Shown here piece by piece: positions 1-11,970 of a stretch of 64,000 nucleotides of DNA. The stretch spans positions 53,412-117,411 of the forward strand of contig CAVOIR010000011.1 in assembly GCA_963696045.1 (NCBI GenBank), given 5' to 3'. A program made the translations under genes and the position numbers. A model generated the notes under the pieces. The model was not told the DNA's origin. It made no database searches and saw only the letters and a list, made by a program, of their open reading frames with translations. The stretch comes from an uncultured Chloroflexia bacterium. GTDB taxonomy: Bacteria; Chloroflexota; Limnocylindria; Limnocylindrales; CSP1-4. Numbering within the stretch: the first letter of the stretch is position 1; each line of letters begins with the position of its first letter.

Positions 1-277
1 CGAAGACCCCCGACACGAGGTTGAGGCACCTCGTCCCGGGCCGGACAAGGCTGCGCGCGGCCGCCTCCAGGCCAAGGATCGCCTCGCCCTGCATGAGGAT
101 GATCTCGTGGCTCGGGCTGCCGTAGATGCGACCGATCTTGTCCTCGGTGGCGCGGAAGCGCGCCTTGAAGGCGGGGTCGTAGTGGTAGGCGATGGGCGCC
201 CCGAGCGCGGCCTTGACGCCGCTCGAGACGTCGTTGGGCCCCGCGCTCAGGGTCAGGTCAGCTGGTCCCATCACGGG
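1..277 (-). CDS. class-V aminotransferase (serine-glyoxylate / alanine-glyoxylate aminotransferase-like), N-terminal 92 aa only; gene runs off the window start
   Basis: Minus-strand ATG at 277-275 preceded by GAGGAGG. Translation MGPADLTLSAGPNDVSSGVKAALGAPIAYHYDPAFKARFRATEDKIGRIYGSPSHEIILMQGEAILGLEAAARSLVRPG is a typical class-V aminotransferase N-terminus. There is no stop before the window edge, so it is absent from the ORF track. Confidence 0.6.
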
Positions 278-326
278 CCTCCTCTTCATCCACGCTCGTC
301 GACCGCCATCGACTCACCGCTCACCG

Positions 327-788
327 TCAGCCGCTCGTCCGTCGGTCGCGAAGCGCGCCTCCAGGCAACTCGGCCGCCTGCTTGACCATGTGCCGACTGA
401 CGGCGCCGATGATGCCCGCTCCCATCTGCGCGGCTCGGCCCTGGATGTCGAGGTCGCTCGTCATCCGGACCCGCGAGCCTTCGCCCTCGGGCAGGACCTC
501 CATGACGGTCGTGACCGTGGCGCGCTCGGCTCCGCCGGAGGCCTGGCCGGCACCCTGCATGACCGCGCGCCGCGACGCTGCATCCCGCTCGACGATGCGG
601 AGCGTGCCCGCGTAGACGAAGCGCATCGGGCCCGAGCTTCACGGTCACACGGCCCGGGATAGACGCCCTCGGCATCGGGGTGCGTCGATCTCGCCGCCCG
701 GCACGCAGGGGGCGACCTCCTCCAGGTCGAGCAGCCGCTCGATAGGCCCGGTCGGGCGCGAGCGAGATGGTGAACTCGTCGGTGAAGC
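327..788 (-). CDS. SRPBCC-family protein, CoxG-like; frameshifted
   Basis: The C-terminal half is ORF 327-626 (YAGTLRIVERD...GRAAQMGAGIIGAVSRHMVKQ). The N-terminal half (MRFTDEFTISLAPDRAY...) is read in another frame from the ATG at 788, which overlaps the stop of the upstream permease (TGATG). Confidence 0.5.
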
Positions 789-791
789 GCA

Positions 792-1743
792 TCAGCGGCT
801 GCCGCGATGGTACGGCAGCCCGAGCGCGGCGGGCAGTCGTGACTGGCGGGCGAAGATGACGAGCACGACGATGACCGACACGAAGGGCAGCATGAAGACG
901 AAGGCTGTCGGGATGTCGATGCCCACCAGCTGCAGCGCCGTCGCGACCGACAGCGACATGCCGAAGAGCAGGGCGCCCAGGATCGACCAGAAGGGTCGGC
1001 CACGGGCCAGCATGGCGATGACGATGGCGATGAACCCGGCGCCCCCGGTGACGAAGGGCACGAAGGTCCCGGCCGCGACGATCGACAGGTAGGCACCGCC
1101 GACGCCAGCCAGCGTCCCGGCGGTCAGCTCGGCCGCCGTCCGGACGCGGACGACGCTGACGCCCGCGGCGTCGAGCGAGTCGGGGCGCTCGCCGGCAGCG
1201 CGGGTGTCGAGGCCCACCGTCGTGCGGCGCATCATCCAGGCCACCAGCACCACGAGCGCCAGCCCGAGGTAGACCGGCAGCGGCTGGCTGAAGAGGCTGG
1301 GTCCGAGGATGGGGATGTCCGAGAGGACGGGGATGGCGAACCCCTCCGCGGCGGGCAGTCGGGGGAACGAGCGCGAGAACCACGTCGTGTGCAGCAGGCT
1401 GGTGGCGCCCTCGGCCGCGAGCACGATGCCGATGCCCACGACGATCTGGTCCATGCCCAAGCCGGATGCAGAAGAGCACCATGACGAGCGAGACGAGGGC
1501 GCCCGCCAGGCCGCCCGCGATGAGTCCCGCCCACAGGCTGTCGGTCTCGAGGCTGGCCACGAAGCCGACGAAGGCGCCGCTCAGCATCATGCCCTCGAGG
1601 CCCACGTTGAGGACCCCGGACTGCTCCGCCACGATCTCGCCCAGGCTCGCGTAGAGCAGTGGGACGCCGGCCACGATGCCGCTCACGATGACGGTGGTCA
1701 GGAAGGTCGGCGTGAGCAGCTCATCCATGCGACGGGTGCTCAT
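792..1743 (-). CDS. BMP-family (nucleoside/sugar) ABC transporter permease, second permease; frameshift near 1455-1465
   Basis: Start MSTRRMDELLTPTFLTTVIVSGIVAGVPLLYASLGEIVAEQSGVLNVGLEGMMLSGAFVGF in one frame continues as MDQIVVGIGIVLAAEGATSLLHTTW...FMLPFVSVIVVLVIFARQSRL in ORF 792-1460. Multi-TM ABC permease signature. Confidence 0.65.
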
Positions 1744-2873
1744 CCGTGCGCCCCGTCGGCCCGCGTGACGCGCGCAGGGGCTTCGGCAGCAGCGGCTCGC
1801 CACGCGCGCGCTTGTCGCTGAGGTACTGGGTGCCCACCATGCAGAGCAGCAGGATGCCCATGAAGAGGAGCACGAAGTCGCTCGGGACGGCTGCCCGCCG
1901 CGCGGCATAGAGGCCCGCCGATGGACAGCATGCTGAAGAGCGCCGCGAATGGGATCAGGGCCAGGGCGTTCATGCGCGCCAGGAAGACCAGCGGAACCAC
2001 GGCCAGCCCGTAGGCCGGGTTCCAGTCGGCGCGCATGTAGCCGAAGATGCCCTGGATGTCCATGGCCGCCGCCAGGCCGATGAGGGCGCCGCTGACCAGG
2101 AAGGCCACCACGATGAGCCTGCGCACGTCGATGCCCATGTGGACGGCGGCTCGCGGGTTGGCGCCCAGGACGTCGAGACGCGTGCCGAACGAGGTGCGGG
2201 CGAAGACGAACCAGGTCAGGAAGCAGACGCAGGATGGCCACGACCACGCCGAGGTGGATGGTCGTGCCGGGCAGATGGGACAGCATCGCCTCGCGGTGGC
2301 AGGACGTCCGTCTGCGGCACGGCCGCACCGCCGTCGAAGGGGCCGCTCACCAGGATGACCGCGAGATTGAGGCCGATGAAGGACATCATCAGCGTGGTGA
2401 CGATCTCGTTGATGCCGTAGCGCGCCTTCAGGAGGGACGGGATGAGCGTCCAGGCGGCCCCCACGACCATGGCCACCGCCGAGAGCAGGAGCCAGCCCAC
2501 GACGACGGGCACGCTGGCCATGAGCGCCGGCCCCAGACCGGCCACGAACGCCGCGGCGAGCAGGTACTGCCCGTCCATGCCGAGGTTCCAGAGGCTGGCC
2601 CGGAAGGCGTAGATGAGGCCGCAACCGATGAGCAGGATGGGCGTCATCCGCGTGATGGTGTCGAAGCGTCCCGACTCACGAGCCACGCCGGCCGTGAGGA
2701 TGTCCCCGATAGAAGGCCACGGGATCGACGCCCAGCAGCGCCAGGATGAGGGCGGAGACCAGGAGCGCCAGGGCCAGGGGCACGAGCGCCAGCACGAGGG
2801 CCGTGGCCCAGCGCGAGAGTCGGCCCGGGCGCTGCCGCTCCGCTCACGGCATCCGGCGTCGCCGCGCCGGCCG

Positions 2874-2877
<4 letters not shown>
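1740..2877 (-). CDS. ABC transporter permease (first permease of the same uptake system); at least 2 frameshifts
   Basis: Start MTAGAATPDAVSGAAAPG at 2877 overlaps the ATPase stop (ATGA). The core ILTAGVARESGRFDTITRMTPILLIGCGLIYAFRASLWNLGMDGQYLLAAAFVAG...LIPSLLKARYGINEIVTTLMMSFIGLNLAVILVSGPF lies in ORF 2216-3049. The tail in ORF 1740-2624 ends with a stop overlapping the next start at 1743. Confidence 0.6.
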
Positions 2878-4488
<1,611 letters not shown>

Positions 4489-4544
4489 AGCGAGTGAGCC
4501 GGACTCCTTTCGAACAGCCCGCCTCGTGTCCTCATCGCGTTCGC

Positions 4545-5585
4545 CTAGCTGCCCGCGATGAGGGCGTCGACCTCCTCCTGGGTGACGGTCACGGGCACCT
4601 CGATGGAGCCGTCGGCGATGCCGGCCGCGGCCGCCTCGACGGCTGCCCAGGCCTCAGCGCTGATGTGATCGGTCTGGAGCAGCCCGATGCCGCCGTTGGC
4701 GGTATCGAGCACGTACTCGGCATCCCCGAAGGTCCCGGCGGCGATGTCGGCGACAGCCTGCTCATAGGCGCCTGCGAAGTCCCACAGGACGGAGGAGAGC
4801 AGGACGCCCTGCTCGTCGATGGAGGTCTTGTCGCCGATGACGTCGATGAACCAGGCCTGGTCGGCGCCCTCCGGGGTGTTGGCCTCGACGGCCTGCAGCA
4901 TGCCGAAGGATGAGCCGTCGCCCATGCCGAAGATGATGTCGGCCCCGGCCGCGATGACCTGCGCGGTGACGCGGTTGCCGCCCTCGGCGTCGCCGTAGCC
5001 GAACTCATCGATGAGGGCCTGCTGGAATCCGATGTCCGGGTTCACGGACTTCGCGCCGGCCACGAAGCCGCCGGCCTGCTTGTGCCAGTTGATGTCGTTG
5101 GCGGAGAGGACGATGCCCAGGGTGCCCGTCTGGGTCATGCTCGCGGCAAGGACGCCGGCCAGGTAGCCGCCCTCGAAGGCGTCGGTGCTGATGTTGGCGA
5201 CCAGGTCGGGCGTGGTGGCATCTGGGGCATCGACGATGATGACCGGGATGCCGCTCTCAGCCGCCCATGCGGGTGCCTGCGTGTTGTAGCCGCTGGCCTG
5301 GGCGATGACCAGGTCGGCGCCATCCTCGGCCATCTGATTGAGCACCGGTCCGATGTCCTCGTAGCCGGAGCCATCGGCCTGGATGACGGTGCCTCCCACG
5401 CTCTCGGCGGCAGCCTGCGCGCCGAGGAGCCCCTGCTCGTTCCAGCCGTAGTCTGTGGCTGCTTCGGGCGAGATGTAGCCGATCTCCGAGACGCCGTCCT
5501 GGGCAGTGACCGGTGCTGCTGTCGCGAGCGCCAGTGCCCCTGCCATGACGGCGCCCCAGCGTGCCCGATTCGATCGATGCATGCC
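4545..5585 (-). CDS. BMP-family ABC transporter substrate-binding lipoprotein (basic membrane protein / nucleoside-binding type)
   Basis: Intact ORF. Signal peptide [27 protein letters not shown], then the BMP/PnrA-like fold ([17 protein letters not shown]..., [33 protein letters not shown]). Confidence 0.8.
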   Translation of the reverse strand, partial: GMHRSNRARWGAVMAGALALATAAPVTAQDGVSEIGYISPEAATDYGWNEQGLLGAQAAAESVGGTVIQADGSGYEDIGPVLNQMAEDGADLVIAQASGYNTQAPAWAAESGIPVIIVDAPDATTPDLVANISTDAFEGGYLAGVLAASMTQTGTLGIVLSANDINWHKQAGGFVAGAKSVNPDIGFQQALIDEFGYGDAEGGNRVTAQVIAAGADIIFGMGDGSSFGMLQAVEANTPEGADQAWFIDVIGDKTSIDEQGVLLSSVLWDFAGAYEQAVADIAAGTFGDAEYVLDTANGGIGLLQTDHISAEAWAAVEAAAAGIADGSIEVPVTVTQEEVDALIAGS

Positions 5586-5773
5586 TTGACCTCCTGCTTC
5601 TGGTGCGTGGAGCGGAGCCGTTTCGCGCCGCGAACGCGGCTCCGGCTGTCGGGCGGGTGCCCGACATTCCCTGACCGCCGCCGTCACATGACGGTATCGG
5701 GCATGGCCTCGCCGAAGAACAGCCGGCGGCCGTTCTCGCAGTGGCCTCGCCTGGGCTAGTATGGTGGCCGCGA

Positions 5774-5790
5774 GTGTTGACAGTCAACAC
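5774..5790. promoter_or_regulatory. perfect 17-bp palindrome GTGTTGAC-A-GTCAACAC in the divergent intergenic region; candidate GntR operator
   Basis: Read directly in the sequence between the BMP-SBP start (5585, minus) and the gntR start (5822, plus). GntR/FadR-type regulators bind short dyads of this kind. Confidence 0.45.
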
Positions 5791-5821
5791 TGGCAGCGGG
5801 ACCGGGGGCACTGCCGGAGCC

Positions 5822-6508
5822 ATGCCACGCCTCGATAACCTGACCCTCCGCGAGCGTGTCCACGACCACCTCAAGCAGGAGATCCTGGCCAATCGCTACC
5901 GGCCCGGGTCGGAGCTCCTGGAGGTGCCGCTCTCCGAGGAGCTGGGCGTCAGCCGGGGCCCCATCCGCGAGGCCCTGCGCAGCCTCGAGTCGGAAGGCCT
6001 CGTGCAGATCACGCCGCGGCGAGGGGCGGTCGTCGTCTCCCTGACCAAGCGGGACTTCCTCGAGGCCTACCAGGTGCGGGAGGCGCTCGAGGCTCTGGGA
6101 GTCCGCTTGGCGGTGCCGATCCTGAGCGCAGCCGCGCTTGACGATCTTCACGAGCAGCTGGACGTCATGACGCAGCACGCGACTGCCGGTGACGTGGACG
6201 CCTTCTTCGACAGCAACGCGAGGTTCCACGAGGCCTTCGTGGAGGCGGCCGGGAATCGCAAGCTTCTCGAGGTCTACCGGCGCTTGATGGCCCAGATGGG
6301 GCCCTACCGGCGGCCCTCGGCCCGCCTGCGTGGCAACGTCGAGCGCTCGATCGCCGAGCATCGCAAGATCCTCGTGGCGGCACGCCGGCGCGACGTCGAC
6401 GGCGCTGTGGCCCAATTGATGAAGCACATCGAGGTGCCGCAGCGCCTGCTGGAGCGGATGAGTGACGAGGAGTTCGCCCGCGCGGTCACTGGGCCGGCCA
6501 TGTCCTAG
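5822..6508 (+). CDS. GntR-family transcriptional regulator (FadR-type FCD C-terminal domain)
   Basis: MPRLDNLTLRERVHDHLKQEILANRYRPGSELLEVPLSEELGVSRGPIREALRSLESEGLV is a GntR winged-helix HTH, followed by an FCD-like helical domain. Intact. Confidence 0.8.
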   Translation: MPRLDNLTLRERVHDHLKQEILANRYRPGSELLEVPLSEELGVSRGPIREALRSLESEGLVQITPRRGAVVVSLTKRDFLEAYQVREALEALGVRLAVPILSAAALDDLHEQLDVMTQHATAGDVDAFFDSNARFHEAFVEAAGNRKLLEVYRRLMAQMGPYRRPSARLRGNVERSIAEHRKILVAARRRDVDGAVAQLMKHIEVPQRLLERMSDEEFARAVTGPAMS

Positions 6509-7727
6509 CGCCCGTCGGCAGGGGATCACCTCCGATCGCCTTCAACAGGCCCGCGAGCAGGGCGGTCCGGGGAACGATCGAGTCCAGTTCGACGTACTCA
6601 CCTGGGGCATGGGCTTGGCCACCGATCGGCCCGAGACCATCGATCGTCGGTACACCAAGAGCGGCGGTCGTGTTGCCGTCCGATGCGCCGCCCGTCGCGG
6701 CATCGCCGAGCTCGAAGCCGAGCTGCTTTGCCGCCTCCACGGCGAGTCGCACGAGTCGCTCGGACTGCTCGGTCCGCTCCATGGGCCAGTGCCGCGACAC
6801 CATCTCGATGGTGGTGCTCACGTCAGCAACGGTCGATCGGCTCGCGATGGCCATGATCGCCGCTTCGATGGACTCGAGGTCATGTCGGGTCACGGCTCGC
6901 ACGTCGACCTCGATGGACGCGTGCTCGGCGACGACGTTCGGTCGCGTGCCGCCGCGGACGACCCCCGCATTGACGGTCACGCCCGGGACGCGCCCGTTCA
7001 GCGCGTGCAGCGCGATGACCTCGTGCGCGGCTTCCAGGACGGCGCTGCGGCCGTCCTCAGGTCGTACGCCAGCGTGAGCCGCTCGCCCGTGGACGTCGAG
7101 GCGCAGGTCCATCCGACCCTTCCGGGAAGAGACGATGTCGCCGTTCGCTCGGGCCGGTTCGAGGATGAGGGCCACGTCTGCGCGAGCGGCATGCTCAAGG
7201 ATCACGCTTGTGCTGATGGGCGAGCCGATCTCCTCGTCGGGGTTGGCGATGAAGACGACGCGACCTACCGGAAGCCAGCTGGCAGCGGGCCCAGCATCGG
7301 AGCGCGCCGATCGAACGTTCGCGATCTCCCGCAGCGCCGCGAGCGCGTAGAGGCCGGTCAGGAGCCCAGCCTTCATGTCACTGACGCCGGGACCATAGGC
7401 GCGACCGTCGCGGATGGTGAACGGCCGCTCGGCGACCGTCCCCGGATCGAAGACGGTGTCGAGGTGCCCGATCAAGAGGACGGACGGTCCCGACGCGTCG
7501 CCCTCGAACGTGCCGACGATGGTGTCGCCGAGGTCCACGTTGGCGTGACGGATGACGGACGCGCCGAGCTCTTCGAGTCGATGTTGCGTCCACGTGCCGA
7601 CCTCATCGACGCCGGCCTTGCTGTACGAGCCACAGTCGACATCCACCAGTCGTTGGAGGTCATGCAGGTACGCGGGCAGTGCGGCCTCGCTGGCCTTCCT
7701 GAGCCCCTCCAGATCGGCATGTGTCAT
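6486..7727 (-). CDS. M20-family metallopeptidase (carboxypeptidase G2 / glutamate carboxypeptidase-like)
   Basis: Intact 413-aa ORF with M20 motifs (LLIGHLDTVF, GVSDMKAG, VVFIANPDEEIGSP, GGASDGN). It converges on and overlaps the gntR 3' end by 23 bp. Confidence 0.8.
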   Translation of the reverse strand: MTHADLEGLRKASEAALPAYLHDLQRLVDVDCGSYSKAGVDEVGTWTQHRLEELGASVIRHANVDLGDTIVGTFEGDASGPSVLLIGHLDTVFDPGTVAERPFTIRDGRAYGPGVSDMKAGLLTGLYALAALREIANVRSARSDAGPAASWLPVGRVVFIANPDEEIGSPISTSVILEHAARADVALILEPARANGDIVSSRKGRMDLRLDVHGRAAHAGVRPEDGRSAVLEAAHEVIALHALNGRVPGVTVNAGVVRGGTRPNVVAEHASIEVDVRAVTRHDLESIEAAIMAIASRSTVADVSTTIEMVSRHWPMERTEQSERLVRLAVEAAKQLGFELGDAATGGASDGNTTAALGVPTIDGLGPIGGQAHAPGEYVELDSIVPRTALLAGLLKAIGGDPLPTGARTWPAQ

Positions 7728-7786
7728 CTACGAGCCCGCCCGTCGTCCGATGAGGAGGATCACGCCCGGATGCTACCCTCGAACCG

Positions 7787-8905
7787 GTGATGGCCTTGCG
7801 GTCGGCGCTGTTCGTCATCCTCGGGTCCGTGCTCGTTGGCTCGACCGCCCTGCCCGCGGAGGTGCATGCATCACGGGAAGCACCGGCCGCGCGCGTCAGC
7901 CCACCGTCGCTCGAGCGCATGGTCGGGCAGAAGCTCATGGTCACGATGGCGGGCTCGAGAGTGAGCCCCGCGCTGGCTCGCCGGGTCAGGCTGGGTGAGA
8001 TCGGCGGCGTCGTCCTCCTCGGCTGGAACATCACGACGCGGCCAGCCCTGAAACGTCTCACTCGAGCGCTCCAGCGCGCCGCGGCCGAGGGGGGACAGCC
8101 GCCGATGCTGATCGCCGTCGATCAGGAAGGTGGCTCGGTCAAGCGAGTCCCGTGGGCCGCACCCACGCTGTCCGTGCCGGACATCGGTCGCGTCGGCCGC
8201 AGGCAGGTCGCCCATGCGCAGGGCGCGCTCACCGGGGACGACCTCCGTCGTCTCGGCATCAACGTCGACCTCGCACCCGTCGCCGACATCCCTCGCTCGA
8301 CGGCCTCCTTCATGTACCAGCAAGGTCGGACCTTCTCGTTCGATGCGCGACGCACGGCGACTCTGGCTGCGGCGTTCGCCTCGGGTCTCGCGTCGCGCGG
8401 CGTCCTCGCGACGATGAAGCACTTCCCCGGGATCGGGCTGGCGATCGAGAACACGGACCGCGGCGTGGAGACGATCACTGCGTCGCGGGCAGCTCTCCGC
8501 CCGGATCTGCGCCCCTACCAGCTCGCCATCGAGCACGACATCCCACTGATCATGCTGTCCAACGCCACGTACACCGCCTACGATCGAAGGAACGCGGCGG
8601 GCTGGTCGCACGCCATCGCGGTCCGGCTCCTCCGAGAACGTCTCGGTTTCGACGGCGTCACGATCACCGACTCCCTGAACGGGACGGCGCACGCCCGCGG
8701 CCGGACGGTGGAGGGCCTCGCCATCCGCGCCGCCAAGGCGGGGACGGACATGATCCTGGTGACCGGCTCCGCGAGGTCGTCGTCCAGGCTCTACCGAAGG
8801 CTCCTGGCCGAGGCCAGGGATGGGTCCATCCCACGGGCCACGTTGCAGGCCTCGTATGGGCGGATCCTCGCCCTCAAGGAGCCTCTCGGGGTCACCCGAC
8901 CGTGA
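7787..8905 (+). CDS. secreted glycoside hydrolase family 3 N-terminal-domain protein (beta-N-acetylhexosaminidase / NagZ-like)
   Basis: Signal peptide, then GH3 motifs (LIAVDQEGGSVKR, LGINVDLAPVADI, KHFPGIG, ITDSLN). Intact. Confidence 0.75.
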   Translation: MMALRSALFVILGSVLVGSTALPAEVHASREAPAARVSPPSLERMVGQKLMVTMAGSRVSPALARRVRLGEIGGVVLLGWNITTRPALKRLTRALQRAAAEGGQPPMLIAVDQEGGSVKRVPWAAPTLSVPDIGRVGRRQVAHAQGALTGDDLRRLGINVDLAPVADIPRSTASFMYQQGRTFSFDARRTATLAAAFASGLASRGVLATMKHFPGIGLAIENTDRGVETITASRAALRPDLRPYQLAIEHDIPLIMLSNATYTAYDRRNAAGWSHAIAVRLLRERLGFDGVTITDSLNGTAHARGRTVEGLAIRAAKAGTDMILVTGSARSSSRLYRRLLAEARDGSIPRATLQASYGRILALKEPLGVTRP

Positions 8906-10290
8906 TGGTCGCGGTCATGTTGGGGTGGAAGCTGCAGGCATAGGTGAACGTGCCGGCCGTGTCGAAGGTATGGCTGAACGTGTCTCCCTCGGCGAGCGCA
9001 CCACTGTCGAAGGACCCGTCGCCAGCGGTCACCGTGTGCTGCGTGCCGTCCTGGTTCGTCCACGTGACCGTCGTGCCGGCGGAGACCTCGACCGAGGCTG
9101 GGTCGAACGCGAAGCCCGAGATCGTCACTGCGGCATCGCCGGCTGGCGCCGAGCAATCGGCCGGCACCGGCTCGAACCCCGCATACGACACGGGCCCCTG
9201 CGCCGGATCGACCGAGACGAGGACGCCCTGTCCGATGCCGGCATCCGGGCCGAACGCTGGCGCCGCGATCACGAGCTGTCCGTCCGCGTCGAACCCGATG
9301 TGGACCGGATACGGCAGCTCGGTCACGACCGGCTCGAGAGGTGTCGGGACCCGTCTGGCGCACGATCCGTCCGGTGCCCGGAGGCATGTCCGGCACGCCT
9401 TCCGCGAACCCGGTCGCCATCTCGGCCGCATAGAGCACCCCATCCGGTCCGAGCTCGACGTCGGTTACCACGGTGAGCCCGGTCCAGGCGTCGCTGACCG
9501 TTCCGTCCGGCGCGACCTTCACCACCTTCGAAGCACCATCCCCGTAGGGCGCCGCGGTCTCGTGGCCCACGAAGGCATTGCCTTCAGCGTCCACGGCGAT
9601 GCCGGTGGGCACGAGATGGCCTTCGGACAGGTCGGCGACCATGGCGATGTCACCGTCCGGCGTGACGCGGATGAGCTGTCCGCCCACGGCCTCCGACAGG
9701 AGCAGCGCATCGCCGGCAGGCTCAAGATCGAAGAGCGAGCCGTCGGAGCCGTAGTCAGGTGGGACGAAGGCGGGCGGGTTCTGTGGCAACCAGGTCGTGA
9801 TGTCCGCGACGAGCGTCATCGTCCCGTCGTCGTTGAGCCTGAACACACCGCTGAACGATGACGGCGAGAAGTTGGACGGGCCGGCACCGCTCAACAGGGC
9901 ATAGGCATCCTCGCCCAGGAACTCGACGTCCATGGCGCCCCAGATCCAGCCGGCCTCCTCCCAGAGCAGGGACACCAGTCCCTTCACGACCGGGGTCGCG
10001 CAGCCGTCGGCGATCGTCGCGATGGACGACGAGAGGCCGATGTCCACGGTGAAGCCCGGGAAGTCCGCGATATGCGTGTCTCCGCCGTGGCCGGCCAGCG
10101 CCAGGTAGAGCGTGCCATCCGGGGCCCAGGCGAAGCCCCGCGGGTTGGTGAGACCCGCGACGACCGTGGTGATCCCGGACTCCGTCGCAGCCGGGCTCTC
10201 TTCCTGTGCGGCCACGGGGGTCAGGGTCGCCAGCGACAGCAGCACGCCGACCGCGCCTGCCACCATGAGTCGTGCCGATGATCCGCGCAT
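8892..10290 (-). CDS. secreted beta-propeller protein (ScyD/ScyE- or SMP-30-like, tentative) fused to a C-terminal cupredoxin (blue-copper) domain; one frameshift near 9400-9440
   Basis: N-terminal part in ORF 8791-10290: signal peptide, GLTNPRGFAWAPDGTLYLALAGHGG, GPDGVLYAAE. C-terminal part in ORF 8892-9443 ends with TVTWTNQDGTQHTVTAGDGSFDSG...GTFTYACSFHPNMTATITVG, which has the His / Cys-x2-His-x2-Met copper-ligand pattern. Confidence 0.6.
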
Positions 10291-10414
10291 CGGGAGCGCT
10301 CCTTCCGCCCCCCATGATGCGAGCGACCTCTGGGCACGCTTGCACCGGGCGCCACGGCTGGATGAAGCCTCGGGGGCTCGCCAGCCGCCCAGATCGGACT
10401 CTCCGGGTCGGACC

Positions 10415-11554
10415 CTACGCCGTCCGCCGAGCGGAAGTCAACCGATCCCGGGTGCCTCGTGATCGCGGCTCGGTGTCGCCGAGTGCTGAGACTGCCTCCA
10501 TGAATTCTTCCACGGCCCGCTCCCAATCTCGCAGGCCTGCCGCATGCCGGCGTCCCGCCGCGCCCAGCTGCGCGCGTCTGCGGCGAGCACTGTGTGGCTC
10601 GTTCGGCGCATCGACGAGCAGCTGGCGTAGCGCTCTGGCCAAGGCGGCGTCGTCGCCGGGAGGGACGAAGATGCCGGCCTCTGGCGGGACAGTGTCGGGG
10701 ATGGCGCCAGCCTCCGTCGTGACGATCGGGAGACCCCTGGCCATCGCTTCGGTCAAGGCCATGCCGTAGCTCTCGTGGAAGGACGGGAGCACGAAGATCG
10801 AGCTCGCCAGGTACAAGGCCTCGATGGCGTCCTGGCCAAGCTCCCCCGGGAAGACGATGCGCTCACCCAGATCGGCGTCATGAACGCGAGCCTGTACCCG
10901 TTCGGCATAGGCCGGAGACCGCGTCAGGCTTCCCGCACAGACGCACGTCCACCGGACATCAGCGAGTCGCGTCAGCGCCCGCACGAGCACGTGCTGGCCT
11001 TTCCCCGGAGTGACCGATGCCACGCAGAGGAGCTGTGGCGGAGCACCGGGTGGCTCGCCCCTGGCGGGTGGGGCACGATCGGTCCCGGGTGGCACCGTCC
11101 TGATCGACGCTGGGTCGATCGCCCGATCCCGCACCCTGGCTGCGGTGAACGAGCTCGTGACGATGACGCCGGCGCTGGCTGCCAGAGCCTCCCGTTCGAG
11201 CTTGAGCAGGTGCGCACGTCGTGAAGGCTCCAGCCCCGGTTCGTCGGCCGAGGGCAGATGGACCAGCGCCAGCACCGTGAGGCGTCCCTTGTGTGCGCGG
11301 ACCACGTCCGGCGAGCGACTCATCGCCAGGCCGTCGATGACGACGCGCGCGCCATCAGGGAGGCGGCGCAGCGTCTCGTCCAGGCTGGTTCGGGCATGCC
11401 GACCGTCGTTGGGAGCCCCCGCCCCGAGGCTGTGCACCGAGATGGCCCAGCCGCGACGACGCAGACCCTCCACGATGCGGGCGTCGTACAGGTAGCCACC
11501 CGTGCGCTGATCGGGTGAGCCCGGGACGACGAAGTGCAGCTCGGGCGCGGTCAC
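10415..11554 (-). CDS. GT4-family glycosyltransferase (glycosyl transferase group 1)
   Basis: Intact ORF with the GT-B C-terminal motif ([36 protein letters not shown]). Its start overlaps the PTPS stop by 4 nt. Confidence 0.75.
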   Translation of the reverse strand: MTAPELHFVVPGSPDQRTGGYLYDARIVEGLRRRGWAISVHSLGAGAPNDGRHARTSLDETLRRLPDGARVVIDGLAMSRSPDVVRAHKGRLTVLALVHLPSADEPGLEPSRRAHLLKLEREALAASAGVIVTSSFTAARVRDRAIDPASIRTVPPGTDRAPPARGEPPGAPPQLLCVASVTPGKGQHVLVRALTRLADVRWTCVCAGSLTRSPAYAERVQARVHDADLGERIVFPGELGQDAIEALYLASSIFVLPSFHESYGMALTEAMARGLPIVTTEAGAIPDTVPPEAGIFVPPGDDAALARALRQLLVDAPNEPHSARRRRAQLGAAGRRHAAGLRDWERAVEEFMEAVSALGDTEPRSRGTRDRLTSARRTA

Positions 11555-11949
11555 ACCTCGCCTTCGTAGCTGGCCCAGGCCACGGGCGACTCCGTGAGGG
11601 TGACGCGCAGCGACGCCATGCCGCGCGCACCTTCCCCGAGCTTGCCGTCGTGGATCGCCTGGACCAGGCGGTCGAAGATCTCACGGGCGATGAACTCCGT
11701 CGTCGTATTCCGGCCGACGAACGCAGGCTCCTCGTCGAGGTTGCGGTAGCGAAGGTCCGCCAGGACGGTCGCGACCTCCTCGCTCGCTCGACCGATATCG
11801 ACGACGACGCCATCGTCGTCCAATCCGGGACGACTGAACGTGACGTCGAGGACGTAGGTGGCGCCATGGAGTCTCTGGGCCGGACCGAACAGCTCGCCGC
11901 GCAAGCTGTGGGCGATCATGAAGTGGTCTCGGACCGTGAGGCGGTACAC
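11551..11949 (-). CDS. 6-pyruvoyl-tetrahydropterin synthase / QueD-family protein
   Basis: [38 protein letters not shown] is the PTPS/QueD signature (His/Glu triad context). GTG start. Intact. Confidence 0.75.
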   Translation of the reverse strand: MYRLTVRDHFMIAHSLRGELFGPAQRLHGATYVLDVTFSRPGLDDDGVVVDIGRASEEVATVLADLRYRNLDEEPAFVGRNTTTEFIAREIFDRLVQAIHDGKLGEGARGMASLRVTLTESPVAWASYEGEV

Positions 11950-11970
11950 GTCGGGCTCCTGGCCTCCTGG

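Noticed and set aside
286-2328. 680-aa ORF on the minus strand, the longest in this region
   Set aside because: Only its first about 90 codons (MSTRRMDELL..., the permease start at about 1743) make sense. The remainder is Arg/Pro/Gly-rich read-through of the wrong frame across two permease genes, typical of 70% GC DNA.
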